Made by a program: the position numbers and the translations under genes. Source: Podarcis muralis (taxonomy: Eukaryota). Taken from it: DNA of 64,000 nt. The stretch lies in contig NC_135659.1 in the NCBI RefSeq assembly GCF_964188315.1, positions 73,780,001 to 73,844,000 on the forward strand. Reading direction: 5' to 3'. Shown here piece by piece: positions 26,385 through 36,995 of the stretch. The notes below the pieces were generated by a model. That model ran no database searches and was not told the origin of the DNA. It was given only the letters and a program-made list of their open reading frames with translations. Position 1 is the first letter of the stretch, and the number at the start of each line of letters is the position of its first letter.

Positions 26385-26465
26385 GCCCCCGCCCCCATTG
26401 GCTGCCTGGGATTGGAAGCCTGGGGTGACGTCGCCGTCATTTGCATATGACATTGAGACGTCACC
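26385..26465. promoter_or_regulatory. Second promoter/enhancer cluster P2
   Basis: GC box 26387-26395, ATTGG at 26397 and 26411, TGACGTCG 26426-26433, octamer ATTTGCAT 26439-26446, GACGTCA 26457-26463. Confidence 0.55.
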
Positions 26466-26849
26466 AAGGCCGGCCCTTTCTAATCCTTCCCTCCCGCTCC
26501 CCACCCGCGCGTATTGAAGTTGTCCTCTTTTGACCTGCTGTGTGGAAGGCTGCCATATACTGGAGAGCGCTGAAGATCGGTGCATTGCATTTCTTTGATA
26601 ATTCGGTGGGCAGAGGACTGCATGGAGCAATGTCATGTTATTTTGTATTTGCACTGCTGAGCAAGAAGCTGGTAGGGTCGGTGTCACAGCAAATAAAGCA
26701 CCCAAGAGAAGGAGGACTAGGGCTCAGTGTGCCTCTCCTTTGGTCCACTTATCATCTTTTTTTATAGCTTTGAGTGGTAGTTTGGATTTCGGGCTCATTC
26801 AGCATGTTATATTTTAACACACATAATTTAATTGTGGGCGTAGCTGGGA

Positions 26850-27070
26850 AGAGGAGAGGCAGTAGCTCAGTGGTGGAACATTGGCCTGGCTTGCAGAAAG
26901 GGCTGTGGCTACATCCTCAGCCTCTGAAAGAAACCCTGAAACCCTGAAGAGCAGCTGCCAATCCATGTAGACTTGCCTGAAACCCTGAAGAGCAGCTGCC
27001 AATCCATGTAGACAAAGCTGAACTAGGTGGACTAGCTGTCTGACTTCATATAAGGCAGCTTCCTGTGTCC
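26850..27070 (+). mobile_element. Squam3-like tRNA SINE with internal 38-bp tandem duplication
   Basis: gtagctcagtggtggaaca head, cctgaaaccctgaagagcagctgcc body, ataaggcagcttcct end. Confidence 0.8.
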
Positions 27071-27214
27071 GTATCTTCCCAGAAAAGCAAAATTCTTTAC
27101 GCACTATTAAAGCAGAATAGCCGAACGTGCAAAAGAATGATGGGCTGCTTGTGGAGAATTCAGGGTGTGAGCCCAACAGAAAATGTGTTGATGTTACTAA
27201 ATGTTACTAAATGT

Positions 27215-27415
27215 TATTACATTTATGTCCCACCTTTCTGCCACAGAGCTCAAGGTGTTTTTTCACATCTCCACGACAACCATGTGAGGTGGGGTTAAGC
27301 TGAGAGACAGTGACTGGCCCATGGCCATCAAGTGAGCTTCATGGCTAAATCAGGATTTGAACCCTGGTTTTCTAGGTCCTAGTTCAACGCTCTAATCATC
27401 ACACCACCTAGCCAG
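27215..27415 (-). mobile_element. MIR/CORE-like SINE
   Basis: acaaccatgtgaggt...gtgagcttcatggct...gatttgaaccctgg. Confidence 0.7.
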
Positions 27416-28184
27416 CATTTGAAACCGTTGTTCATTCCTCCATATTAGTACATGAAAGGCCTTGCTTTGCTATGGAGATTTTGTAAACAGTTAGAGCCCC
27501 CTCCAGTGTAATTAATGCAGCACACATGCAGTCATGCCCAATAATTGGGTTAGTTTGCTGCTTTAAATATCTGTTCTTTTGGGGGCCTTAGACTAGCCCA
27601 GCTTTGGATAACTTGCAAGAGGAGCAATGCTGATACTGACAGTATATATGATAAGGAACTTTATCACATTCCCTTTTGATGTTCAGCTGGTCTGGTGTCT
27701 GTTTTTCACAAGTGATAATTAAACCTGATTTGTGGGTGACAAAAAGGCCAGAGGCACCATTGTTGGAGCTGAAGTGCCTGGTCCTTTATTGATTTGTGTG
27801 TTAAAGTTGATGGCTGTTGCAATGAAACTGAAGTGTAGTCACCGCTCTGAGTTTTACCCCCTGTAGTTGCATGGCTCTAGGGAAAAGATTTAGATGTTCA
27901 TTTGTATCCATAGGACTACAAGTGACAGACTCCTGCAATATCAGCTACTCTGCAGATTAAATGCATAAGCAAACTGCAAAGTTGCAGACACCATATTCAT
28001 CTATGACTATTCATTTTACAGGAAGCTATGATGCAGCTGTGTACACACTCCCATTTACTCTGCATCTAGTGTGCTGCCGCTGCAGGTTTGGGAAATGGTA
28101 TACAGTTGCAGATGTTAGCTGTATCTGTCTTGTTATTTCTTATTAAACCTGGTTTGTGGGTCCTCAATACCAGGAAAGGGCTGT

Positions 28185-29490
28185 GAGCACTTAGAAAAGG
28201 ATGCTGTGATTACTAAGACCCAGCATGGGTCCCTCAAAAACAAGTCGTGCCAGACAAATCTCATTGTTTTCTTTGTTTTTTGATAGAGTTACAGGCTTGA
28301 TGGATTAGGGGAATGCTGTGGACATAGTGTATCTTGATTTCAGTAAGGTTTTTGACAAAGTCCCCCATGATACTCTTCTGGAGAAGCTGGTACAATGTAG
28401 ACTGGATGAGGTAACTGTCAGGTGGATTTGTAGCTGGTTGGCTGACTAAACCCACAGAGTACTTGCTAATGGTTCTTTGTCATCCTGGAGTAAAGTGGGG
28501 TGCAGCATACTGCTGCAGAGTTCTGTCCTGGGTCCAGGGTTGTTAAACATTGTTTATAAATGACGTGGATGAAAGTATTGAGGGGGTGCTAATCAAATTT
28601 GCAGATGACATGAAACTGGGAGGTGTACCCATGCCACTGAAGACAGAATTGGGATTCAATATGACCTTAACGTATTGGAGAACTGGCTATAAACCAGCAA
28701 AATGAATTTCAATAGGGGCAAATATAAGGTTCTGCACTTAGGCATGAAGAACCAGCTGTATAAATATAAGATGGGGAACATCCGGATTGTCAGTTGTACA
28801 TGTGAAAAGGATCTGGGGGTCTTATAGACTATAAGCTTAACATAAGTCAACAATGTGGCATTAACAGAAGCCTTGTACTCTGGTGCTGTGGTCCATGGGG
28901 TCACGAAGAGTCGGACACGACTAAACAACTAAACAACAACAAGTACCCCAATCAAGGGAACTAATAGTTCTGCTCTAATTCTGTCTTGGTCAGACCACAC
29001 CTGGAGTACTGTGTCCAGTTCTGTGCACTACAATTTAAAAAGGATATTGACAATATGGAAGGTGTGAAGAGGAGGGCAAACAAGATGATCAAGGGTCTGG
29101 AAACCCATCCTTATGAGCAACGGTTGAGGGAGCTGGGTATGTTTAGCCTGGAAAAGAGGAGACTGACAGGTGATATGATAGCCATCTTCAGATATCTAAA
29201 GGGCTGTCACATGGAGAATGGAGCTAGCTTATTTTCTCCTGCTCTGGAGGGTGGGACCTGAATCAATGATTCAAGTTACAAGAAAGGAGATTCCAAATAA
29301 ACAACAGTAAGAACTTTCTGACAGTAAGTGCTATTTGACAGAGACTTCCATGAGAAGTGGTGGACTCTCCTTCCTTGAAGGCTTTTATGCAGGGGTTAGA
29401 TGGCCATCTCTCATGTATGACCCAGTTGAGATTCCTGCATTGTGGTCCCTTCCAACTCTACAGTTTTATGAGTCTATAATTCTATGAAAC
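28185..29490 (+). mobile_element. 5'-truncated, degenerate CR1 LINE (RT C-terminal part and 3' end)
   Basis: Decayed translation KSCQTNL..FFDRVT...[33 protein letters not shown]...[14 protein letters not shown]; ends in a CR1-type tail (ccttccaactcta...attctatga). Confidence 0.92.
28881..28942 (+). mobile_element. Extreme 3' end of an RTE-BovB LINE inserted in the CR1
   Basis: gtccatggggtcacgaagagtcggacacgact followed by an (aaac/aac)n tail; interrupts continuous CR1 sequence; flanked by gtactc/gtaccc. Confidence 0.8.
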
Positions 29491-30334
29491 ATTGAGGTTT
29501 GGTGAATTTCCCTCTAATCCAACTTCCATCTGTATGAGTACACAGCCACTGTCCTTGAAGGTTATGGGGTTAGCCCACTGCATTAAGAAATGGGAGTTTT
29601 TGTGCCTTTATGCATTCTGAAGTTTGGGGTGAAGATTGTGCAATCTAATACTAAACTGTGACACATTAAATCTGCAGTATAAACACCAGTGTGACAGATG
29701 AAGCTTCCACCCTCCCAACCACCATAGCCATCCCCTCTTGAGTAGGAGGTGATGAAGATAGCAATTCTCAAGCATCATAAGCACATATTGCCGTTCTACA
29801 GTGTCGTGATGACAGTGGAGGCATTCTTAGATCTATTTTGGAATGTTTTCCTTGGCGAGTCTTGGCATTTGGCTCCAAAGAATTTGGAAAGGGTTTATTT
29901 TTGGGGAGCAACGTCTTGATTCTAAATAGGTATTTGCAAAGCTCGTAACAGTTCTGGAAGTCCTGTCCCTGTTAATTACAAAAACAAGAGCAACCCACTC
30001 CTTCCTGCCTATTTTGTAATGTTCTTGTGCTTCATTGGTCTTGGTTTCAATTGTGCTTTCTCTCTCCCTCCCTCCTGGTCTTACCTAACAGGGTTATTAT
30101 GGAGAGCCAGTGATTCACAAAAGGAGGATAACAATATATGCCAGGTTGAGAGGAAGAAGAATAGCTCATTTTCTTTCTGGTTTTAGTGTCCTTTTGCCAA
30201 ACAAAAACCTCTCCGGAGTTCACTTGGATTTATCAAAATAGTGTGCAGCCACCTGACATCATGAAAGCAGTCTCACTATATGCAGAAGATAACTGAAAAA
30301 AATATCCAATTCCCAGGAAGGACAAATAGATAAG

Positions 30335-30410
30335 AAGCTAAGAAGAGCTTGCTGGATCAGGCCAGTGGCCCATCTAGTCCAGCATCCTGTTCTCACAGTG
30401 GCTACACGGA
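30335..30410 (-). mobile_element. CR1-related 3' tail (similar copies at about 15725-15850, 38620-38760, 59470-59560)
   Basis: aagaagagcttgctggatcaggccagtggcccatctagtccagcatcctgttctcacagtggc. Confidence 0.6.
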
Positions 30411-30653
30411 TATCTGTGGGATCCCTGCTGCCACATCCACTACCTCCTCACCAAACCCCCAGAATTTTTTTAATAGACTGGTGCCATATTTTAATCCTGG
30501 CCCTGGAGGATCAAAATCACACTTGAGTGTGATCTGCTCTCCTTCGGGACTGAACCGATATCTCATAAAGCTTAACATTTGACTTTCAAACATATTTGTC
30601 AACACACTGATATTCGTTTGGGCATGCGGTTTTATCCTATTTTTGCAGTTATG

Positions 30654-30655
<2 letters not shown>

Positions 30656-30699
<44 letters not shown>
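30656..30699. repeat. (AC)22 microsatellite
   Basis: Direct reading. Confidence 0.97.
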
Positions 30700-30701
<2 letters not shown>

Positions 30702-31304
30702 TAAATATGGCAAATGGATATACCATAAGCCAATGGCACAACTTTCCAAGGGCTGGAGGAGGCCTTGAAGAGCATCCCATTGGCACTGACAGCAAGTAAT
30801 TATGTTGCAATTCCACTGGGGTAGAGAAGGAAAAAGCACACAGTACCCGACTGGACTCAGAATTCAAATACTTTATCCTGTCAACACAAGGATATTGGCT
30901 TGTACGCCCCACCCAGTTTGCGTGCACCCATTTCCCCCTCCCCAAATCTGCTCCAGATGGTTAGGGAAACTCCCAGAACAGATTTAGGGAACACTGAAAG
31001 GCAGGAGATGGGGAGAGCATTATGTTGTGCAAACAAAAATTCTTGCCTTAGCACTATGCTGGATTCAGCATCCAGAGAATCTCAGATTTTTTGTTTTGGT
31101 TTTCATCTTCTTCAAGTTTCTAGCCCTCATGGCTTTGAATGTATGTTTGAACATATTTATTTTCCCTTTGTGAAAACATGAACAGTTACCATCCAGTGCC
31201 ATGGATGTGCAAAAATGCAATCCCTGTGCTTTGTAAAACAGAGTAAGGAAATTATTGTTAACTAGGGCTAAGCTAGATTCCATCTATGGCAATAGAATCT
31301 CAAG

Positions 31305-31700
31305 CTTCCTTCCCAGTACATTTCAGAGCACAATTCAAAGTGTTGGTGCTGACCTTTAAAGCCCTAAACGACCTTGGCCCAGCATACCTGAAGGAGCGTC
31401 TCCAGCCCCATCGTTCAGCCTGGACACTGAAGTCCAGCTCCAAGGGCCTTCTGGCAGTTCCCTCACTGTGAGAAGCGAGGTTACAGGGAACCAGGCAGAG
31501 GGCCTTCTCGGTAGTGGCACCTACCCTCTGGAATGCCCATCCATCAGATGTCAAAGAAATAAACAACTAGCTGACTTTTCGAAGATATCTGAAGGCAGCC
31601 CTGTTTAGGGAAGTTTTTAATGTTAGACGTTTTATTGTGCTTTTAGTATTCTGTTGGGAGCAGCCCAGAGTGGCTGGGGAAACCCAGCCAGATGGGTGGG

Positions 31701-31739
<39 letters not shown>
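31305..31739 (+). mobile_element. L2-type LINE 3' fragment with (TAT)n tail
   Basis: Translation PVHFRAQFKVLVLTFKALNDLGPAYLKERL...RAFSVVAPTLWN; followed by a cagagtggctggggaaacccagccagatggg end motif and (tat)n. Confidence 0.85.
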
Positions 31740-31741
<2 letters not shown>

Positions 31742-32693
31742 AACAACTTTCTGATAGGAAACACCAGCTGATATTGCATTCTCACCACCCTTTGCATATT
31801 GCAGCATTTCCCAAATTACTGTAACCGGGACATGCACAGCCCCAGTTAAAACTGGAGACACACTTCGGTCTTGGATCTAAAAAGGTTTGCTTTTAGAATA
31901 CATAAGAATAAAAATTACCCACCCTTTAGGGATGAGGGAGTTTGGGGCCTCTAGGTGTTCTAGGTTCCCATCATCCCTGGCTATTGACCCATGAGGATTA
32001 ACTCTGAATAACCCAATCACACTTATTGCAAGAGATGTCTCTGAATGTTCTTCCCCCAGCAGAGGCTTGTGTGGAAATCTCCCAGTTAAACACTGAGAGA
32101 AAAAGCCATCTGATAGCTGTTCAACAGAAGAACAGAGTACCTCACTGTGCATTAGCAGTTTCTCCATGCATTGTTTGGGAATGACCACCCTGTGGCAAGA
32201 AGCTGAGATTACCAGGAGTCTTTGTCGGTGAATGGGGAGGGGCAGTTGCACACAGAAGGTTGATTCCCCCAGCAGAGCTTGGTGGCACCAGCCATCTCTT
32301 CCTTTGTGCTGGAGGAGGGGGTTGGAAAGGCCTTTGTCGCCTGAAAGTGTAATCCCCTCTCACTGTGAGCAGATGGTCCCTGCTAGGCTTACTGGCATAC
32401 AGTCTGAGCTGCATCATGTCACTTTCTTATTTATACGAAGGGGGGGGGGGAGAGAAGCAGGGGCAGGGAGGTCATTCAGTTACCCCCTATTTCCCACATT
32501 ATGCTGGGCCAAACTGCTGCAGAACTGGGTCACATCAAGACACACAGGATACAACATCCCAGCATGCTTGCTTTGCTCAGTAGTGAGTACCTCCTCAAGT
32601 CCCACTGCAATTTTTTTCTCCCCTGGTCACATTTCCTACTTTTCTGTCAGTTCCCAGAGCAAGTAAGGCTTGCCAACTCCCACTGAGATATTA

Positions 32694-33030
32694 CAGTGGT
32701 GCCCCGCAAGACGAATGCCTCGCAAGACGGAAAACCCACTAGACGAAAGGGTTTTCCGTTTGCGATGCGCTTCGCAAGACGAATTTCCCTATGGGCTTGC
32801 TTCGCAAGACGAAAATGTCTTGCGAGTCTCGCCATTTTCCCCCCGCTCCCCCCCTTTTCTAAGTTGCTAAGCCGTTAATAGCCTTTTAGCAGCTAAGCTG
32901 CTAAGCCGTTAATAGCTGCTAAACCGCTAAACCTCCGCTTAGCGCTAATGGGGTTGCTTCGCAAGACGAAAAAACCGCTATACGAAGAGAATCGCGGAAC
33001 GAATTCTTTTCGTCTTGCGAGGCACCACTG
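32694..33030. mobile_element. Related mariner-type MITE (CAGTGGTGCC TIR) with CGCAAGACGAA sub-repeats
   Basis: TA-CAGTGGTGCCCCGCAAGACGAA ... TTCGTCTTGCGAGGCACCACTG-TA; CpG-rich, suggesting a young copy. Confidence 0.9.
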
Positions 33031-33064
33031 TACTGAGATATTCAAGGGAGAGCTGGCATAATGT

Positions 33065-33265
33065 AATGGTTGTAGCAGCAATTCTGTGCACGCTTAATAA
33101 TTTTCAAGTGAGATCTCCAAGAATATGTTGTAGTGTGGGGAGCTTCTGTTCCGTGTTCACAGGGTGCCACCACTGAGAAGACCCTTGCTCCATTGATCAC
33201 CCACCTTTCTGGAGGTGGCAAGGGCACCCAAAGGAAAGCCTTACTTGGTGGTTTCAATACATGGG
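33065..33265 (-). mobile_element. Degenerate L2-type fragment
   Basis: The minus strand encodes ARVFSVVAP, similar to the L2 RAFSVVAP motif. Confidence 0.5.
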
Positions 33266-33740
33266 GAGGTTATTATACATTAGGGAGCAGGGCTGCTCTA
33301 AAGATGGCTAGGAACAGTGGCTCAGAACTGTGGCTTAGAAACAGTGCCTATAATCGCCAATCATTATTCTTGCTTTAAAAGCTTTGGTTAATAAAATCAA
33401 TAGAACTACTAGCCTTCTGTGTGTTTATAGAAGGGCTTTAAAGATGCGTCAGAGTGGTGCAGATTCTGTTCACAGTTCAGTCATTTAGGAGGATGTTGTG
33501 AAAAAAGAGCTGGTGAAATTTCAGGGCTATGTTGCTGGACATTTCATGATGTAATCCTGTGAACTTCTGCTATGGGCATCTGCCATCATATTTACTACCC
33601 TGAAAGTCAGCTTGGATTATTGATGGCTTTTAGTGCCTTTTCTGTGAAGGGTATTAGCCACAAAGGTAAGAAACTGGAAAAGAATTTATTAGTAGTGCAC
33701 CTTTCATGGACTTACACCAAACATTGGGCACAAGTCTTTA

Positions 33741-33824
33741 GCAGGGATAGCTCATTAGGTAGAGCGTGAAACTCTTAAACTCAGGGTTTATGGGTTTGAG
33801 CCCCACATAGGGCAAAAGATTCCT
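33741..33824 (+). pseudogene. tRNA-Lys(CTT)-derived pseudogene / SINE head
   Basis: About 80% identical by eye to vertebrate tRNA-Lys-CTT, with the CTT anticodon retained but acceptor stem, D-arm and B-box mutated; followed by aaagattcct, like the CR1 tail at about 29428. Confidence 0.75.
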
Positions 33825-33896
33825 AATGAATAAATAGAGATGCAAATTTAGAAATAATGTCTATAATTAAAATAGAAATTCAGTGCACCTTACCAT

Positions 33897-34363
33897 AGTT
33901 GGGAATGGGGGAGAAATTTGATTCAGTTCACATTTAAAGCCAAATTTATCAAATTGAGTTTTTGATTCAATTTTGATGGTCTGAGAACTGAAACATAGCC
34001 ATCCTTTGAAAATTGCATTTATCCGAATTTTGTGATGCAGTTCTTCAACCGACAAGTTTTTTTTTTAAATGCCTATATTAGATAAAAGTGTGCATAAAAA
34101 TGAATGTATATGTGTGAAAATAACATACAAAATGCATTACGTTAGGAAAAATTGCTTGCAAAAAATGTATACATTAGTTAAAACGGTATACAAAAATGTT
34201 TTCATCTGGAGAAATTTGCACTAAAATAACTAAGAATTTTCATGAGTATTTTTAAGAAAACAAATAAAATTTTTAAATTGCCGCAGAAACATGGAGAACC
34301 AAGTTTAAGATTGGAACCCTGAGGAACTGAGAGGATGGCAATGGTCGGATTCTTCCACCCTTA
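33897..34363. mobile_element. Degenerate TAGGGATGG-type non-autonomous DNA element
   Basis: gggaatgggggagaaatttgattcagttc ... gattcttccaccctta ends; AT-rich interior. Confidence 0.55.
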
Positions 34364-36774
34364 ACCATAATGGAGAAGGCTTTGTGAACAGGTGATCTGT
34401 ATACCAGCAGCTCAAGAGCTGTTGATGGGCAGCTTCAGGGCCCCTGCTCTCCCTCCTTACAGTTCTGTTTCTTTAAACCACACTTGGACTAAACAGCCCT
34501 TTGGAGGGCACCTTCAAATAGAGGACTCCCCTCTGTAAGGTAGGACACTCTCTCTGAATCATGCCAACAGCATGTGGCTATTCTGGTGGTTCTGAGTCAG
34601 TGAAATCTGGGCCTCTGTATCCTGTTTATCGAGCAGTTCAACGAGGCTAATCGTTTCTTACTTCATTACACCCCCTGCCAGGTGCCTAGTTCTATAACTG
34701 AAGTTACCCCTGCGGTGTTATGCCTTGCAGGGTTGGTGTCTCACCCACTGTATAAATGAGTTAATCGGATAACTAGATCAAATAACATACATTCATACTA
34801 ATCTGATCTCACCCATGAAATTCAAGAGGTCCTGCAGATTTACACTCTGGCTGGTATAAAACAAAACAATGGCCTGCATGGTCAGAAACAGAAAGAAATT
34901 TTGTTCATTTCATTTTCTGCAGAACTTTTTTTTTTAGCTCAATAGTAGGAATTGATTTATATAAACTCACTGATAATTCAAATATTGTGGCTGTGTAAAA
35001 AGGTATATAATGAAAGGTTTCCAAACACAGATAGTATGGTCAGATGCACACTGTATATTTAAATCAAATGTAAAGCACATTTATGGCACTTGGGCTTCTC
35101 CCACACTAACTTTGAACAGATAGAGGATAAGGCAGTATGGGCCACACACAACTTGATTTTCCACTAGGAAGACTGCATGATGTAGAGATGTGTTTGGTCC
35201 ATGTAGCCTTTCCGAATTGTGGATTGCACTGTGGGAGGTGAAGAAAGAGCTGAAAGATGATGCTGAAATTCGTGATGGGTTGGGAGGAGAGATGACAGTG
35301 GCCTCTCCAGTTTCAACCGATGCAACTCTTTTTGCCCCCTGAGGAGCTCTTGAAAAAGTATTTGAATAAGTAGATGCTAGGCTCTTTGGTTTCAACAAAG
35401 GAAGTGTCAGAATATTCCAAAAGAGGATTATTCAGGGATGGAATCTGGTTTACCTATTTTACCCAGAGTGCACAATGCACAGGCAACACATCCATTGCAA
35501 AAGGCATGGGGGCATGTCTTGATTTCAATGGTCTTTTCTTTTTCCAAACCTGATTAGGGAGGTTTGTGATATCATGCAAAATCATTTTGTGTGCACACCG
35601 CGTTATTTGATAATTAAGACCAATCCAGGGACAAGGAAAAGTTGAGGTGTGCAACAAATAATGCATAGGCAGGAAAAAGAATGTGTACTGAGCATCAGGA
35701 TCTTTGCAAGAGAGTGAAATACCCCCCCCCAAAAAAGTTAGGATATAACCCATAATAATTTGTAAAACTGGAATCCTATATATATCAAAGGTAGAGAACT
35801 TCAGGCCGCATGCACACCAAACTAGATGGGTCAGTTTTGATCCAGCAACATCTCTGATAGCTAGTGACACTAGTGAAGCCCAAGAGAGTAACAAGTGGCT
35901 TCATGATATAAAGCAAACCTCCAAGAAATTGGCATCCTTCCTCCAGAAGCTTTGGATTACACCCCCCCATCAGTCCCAGGAAGCATGGCCAGTGGTCTGG
36001 CATGATGGTGTTGTGGTCCAAAAGTTCTTGGAGGGTACCAGGTAAGGGAAGAATGACAGAAAGCCAATTCTTCCATCTCTCATGATCAGGCAGCCTCTCA
36101 TTACTTTGCAGAGATTACATTTTCCCCAGATGTACATCCCACCCCCCCTTAAAGATCCTTTCCCTTCTTGCTTCTGTGATACAGGCAATGGCAAGATACT
36201 ACAGGCAATGTCTTATCATGGGCAGACCTGCCAGCCGGAAGCCCCTCAAATATTCCCTGTGCTCTCTGGATGAACTCCTGTCTCCCCGACCCCCACCTCC
36301 TGTGTATTTTCCATCTGCATTGCTCACATTTCCTGTTCTCAGCTGTCTCAGTTCTTTGCAACATGAACATACACTCCCCTCCCACTCCCTCCCCCGGCTC
36401 CACACAATCCTCTTTCCAATGTCACTAATGTGACTGAATTTCAGGATGGATTTGCTGATTGGTTGAAAGGCAGAAAATCCATCATTGTCCCCCCTAAGAG
36501 CACAGCTGAGCTTGTTTGTGAAGGACTCTGCTCAAGGCTGGAGCCGAGTGGGCTTTGAATGGAGCCTGGAGCATTCAGGAACGAAGTGCAGGGCTCACAT
36601 TAGATCTCAGCATTTGTGCTAACAGCACCTTGCCAGCACCACCATTATTTTTTTTAAAGTCCCCTTCTGGTTTTCACATAGTTCTATCAGTAATTCTGTT
36701 GCAAGATGGAATACAGACAGAAAACGCAGTACTACAATGAGAATTATAAAAAGATCAGTTTCATTCATTCATTC

Positions 36775-36995
36775 ATTGCATTTATATCCTATCTTTTTCT
36801 CCAAGGAGCTGAAGGTGCCATACATGCCCCTGCCCCTCCTGATTTAATTCTTACAACAATCCTGTGAGGTGGATTAGGCTGAGAGGCAGTGACTACTTCA
36901 AGGTCACCCAGTGAGCTTCATGGCTGAGTGGGGATCTTAACTCTGGTTTCCCCAGGCCTAATCCAGCACTCTAACCACTGGACCACACTGGCTCT
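36775..36995 (-). mobile_element. MIR/CORE-like SINE
   Basis: acaacaatcctgtgaggt...aggtcacccagtgagcttcatggctgag...ctctaaccact; the same motif recurs at about 5905-6060, 13660-13860, 27215-27415 and 39820-40010. Confidence 0.7.

Larger units (their letters stand above)
23870..26520. promoter_or_regulatory. CpG-island-like region, TP53INP2 promoter(s)
   Basis: Visibly high CpG and GC density against a CpG-depleted background; contains clustered GC boxes, CCAAT boxes and CRE-like sites. Confidence 0.75.

Noticed and set aside
26439-26700. Octamer as the distal sequence element of an snRNA or type-3 Pol III gene
   Set aside because: No PSE, TATA box or recognisable snRNA body downstream.
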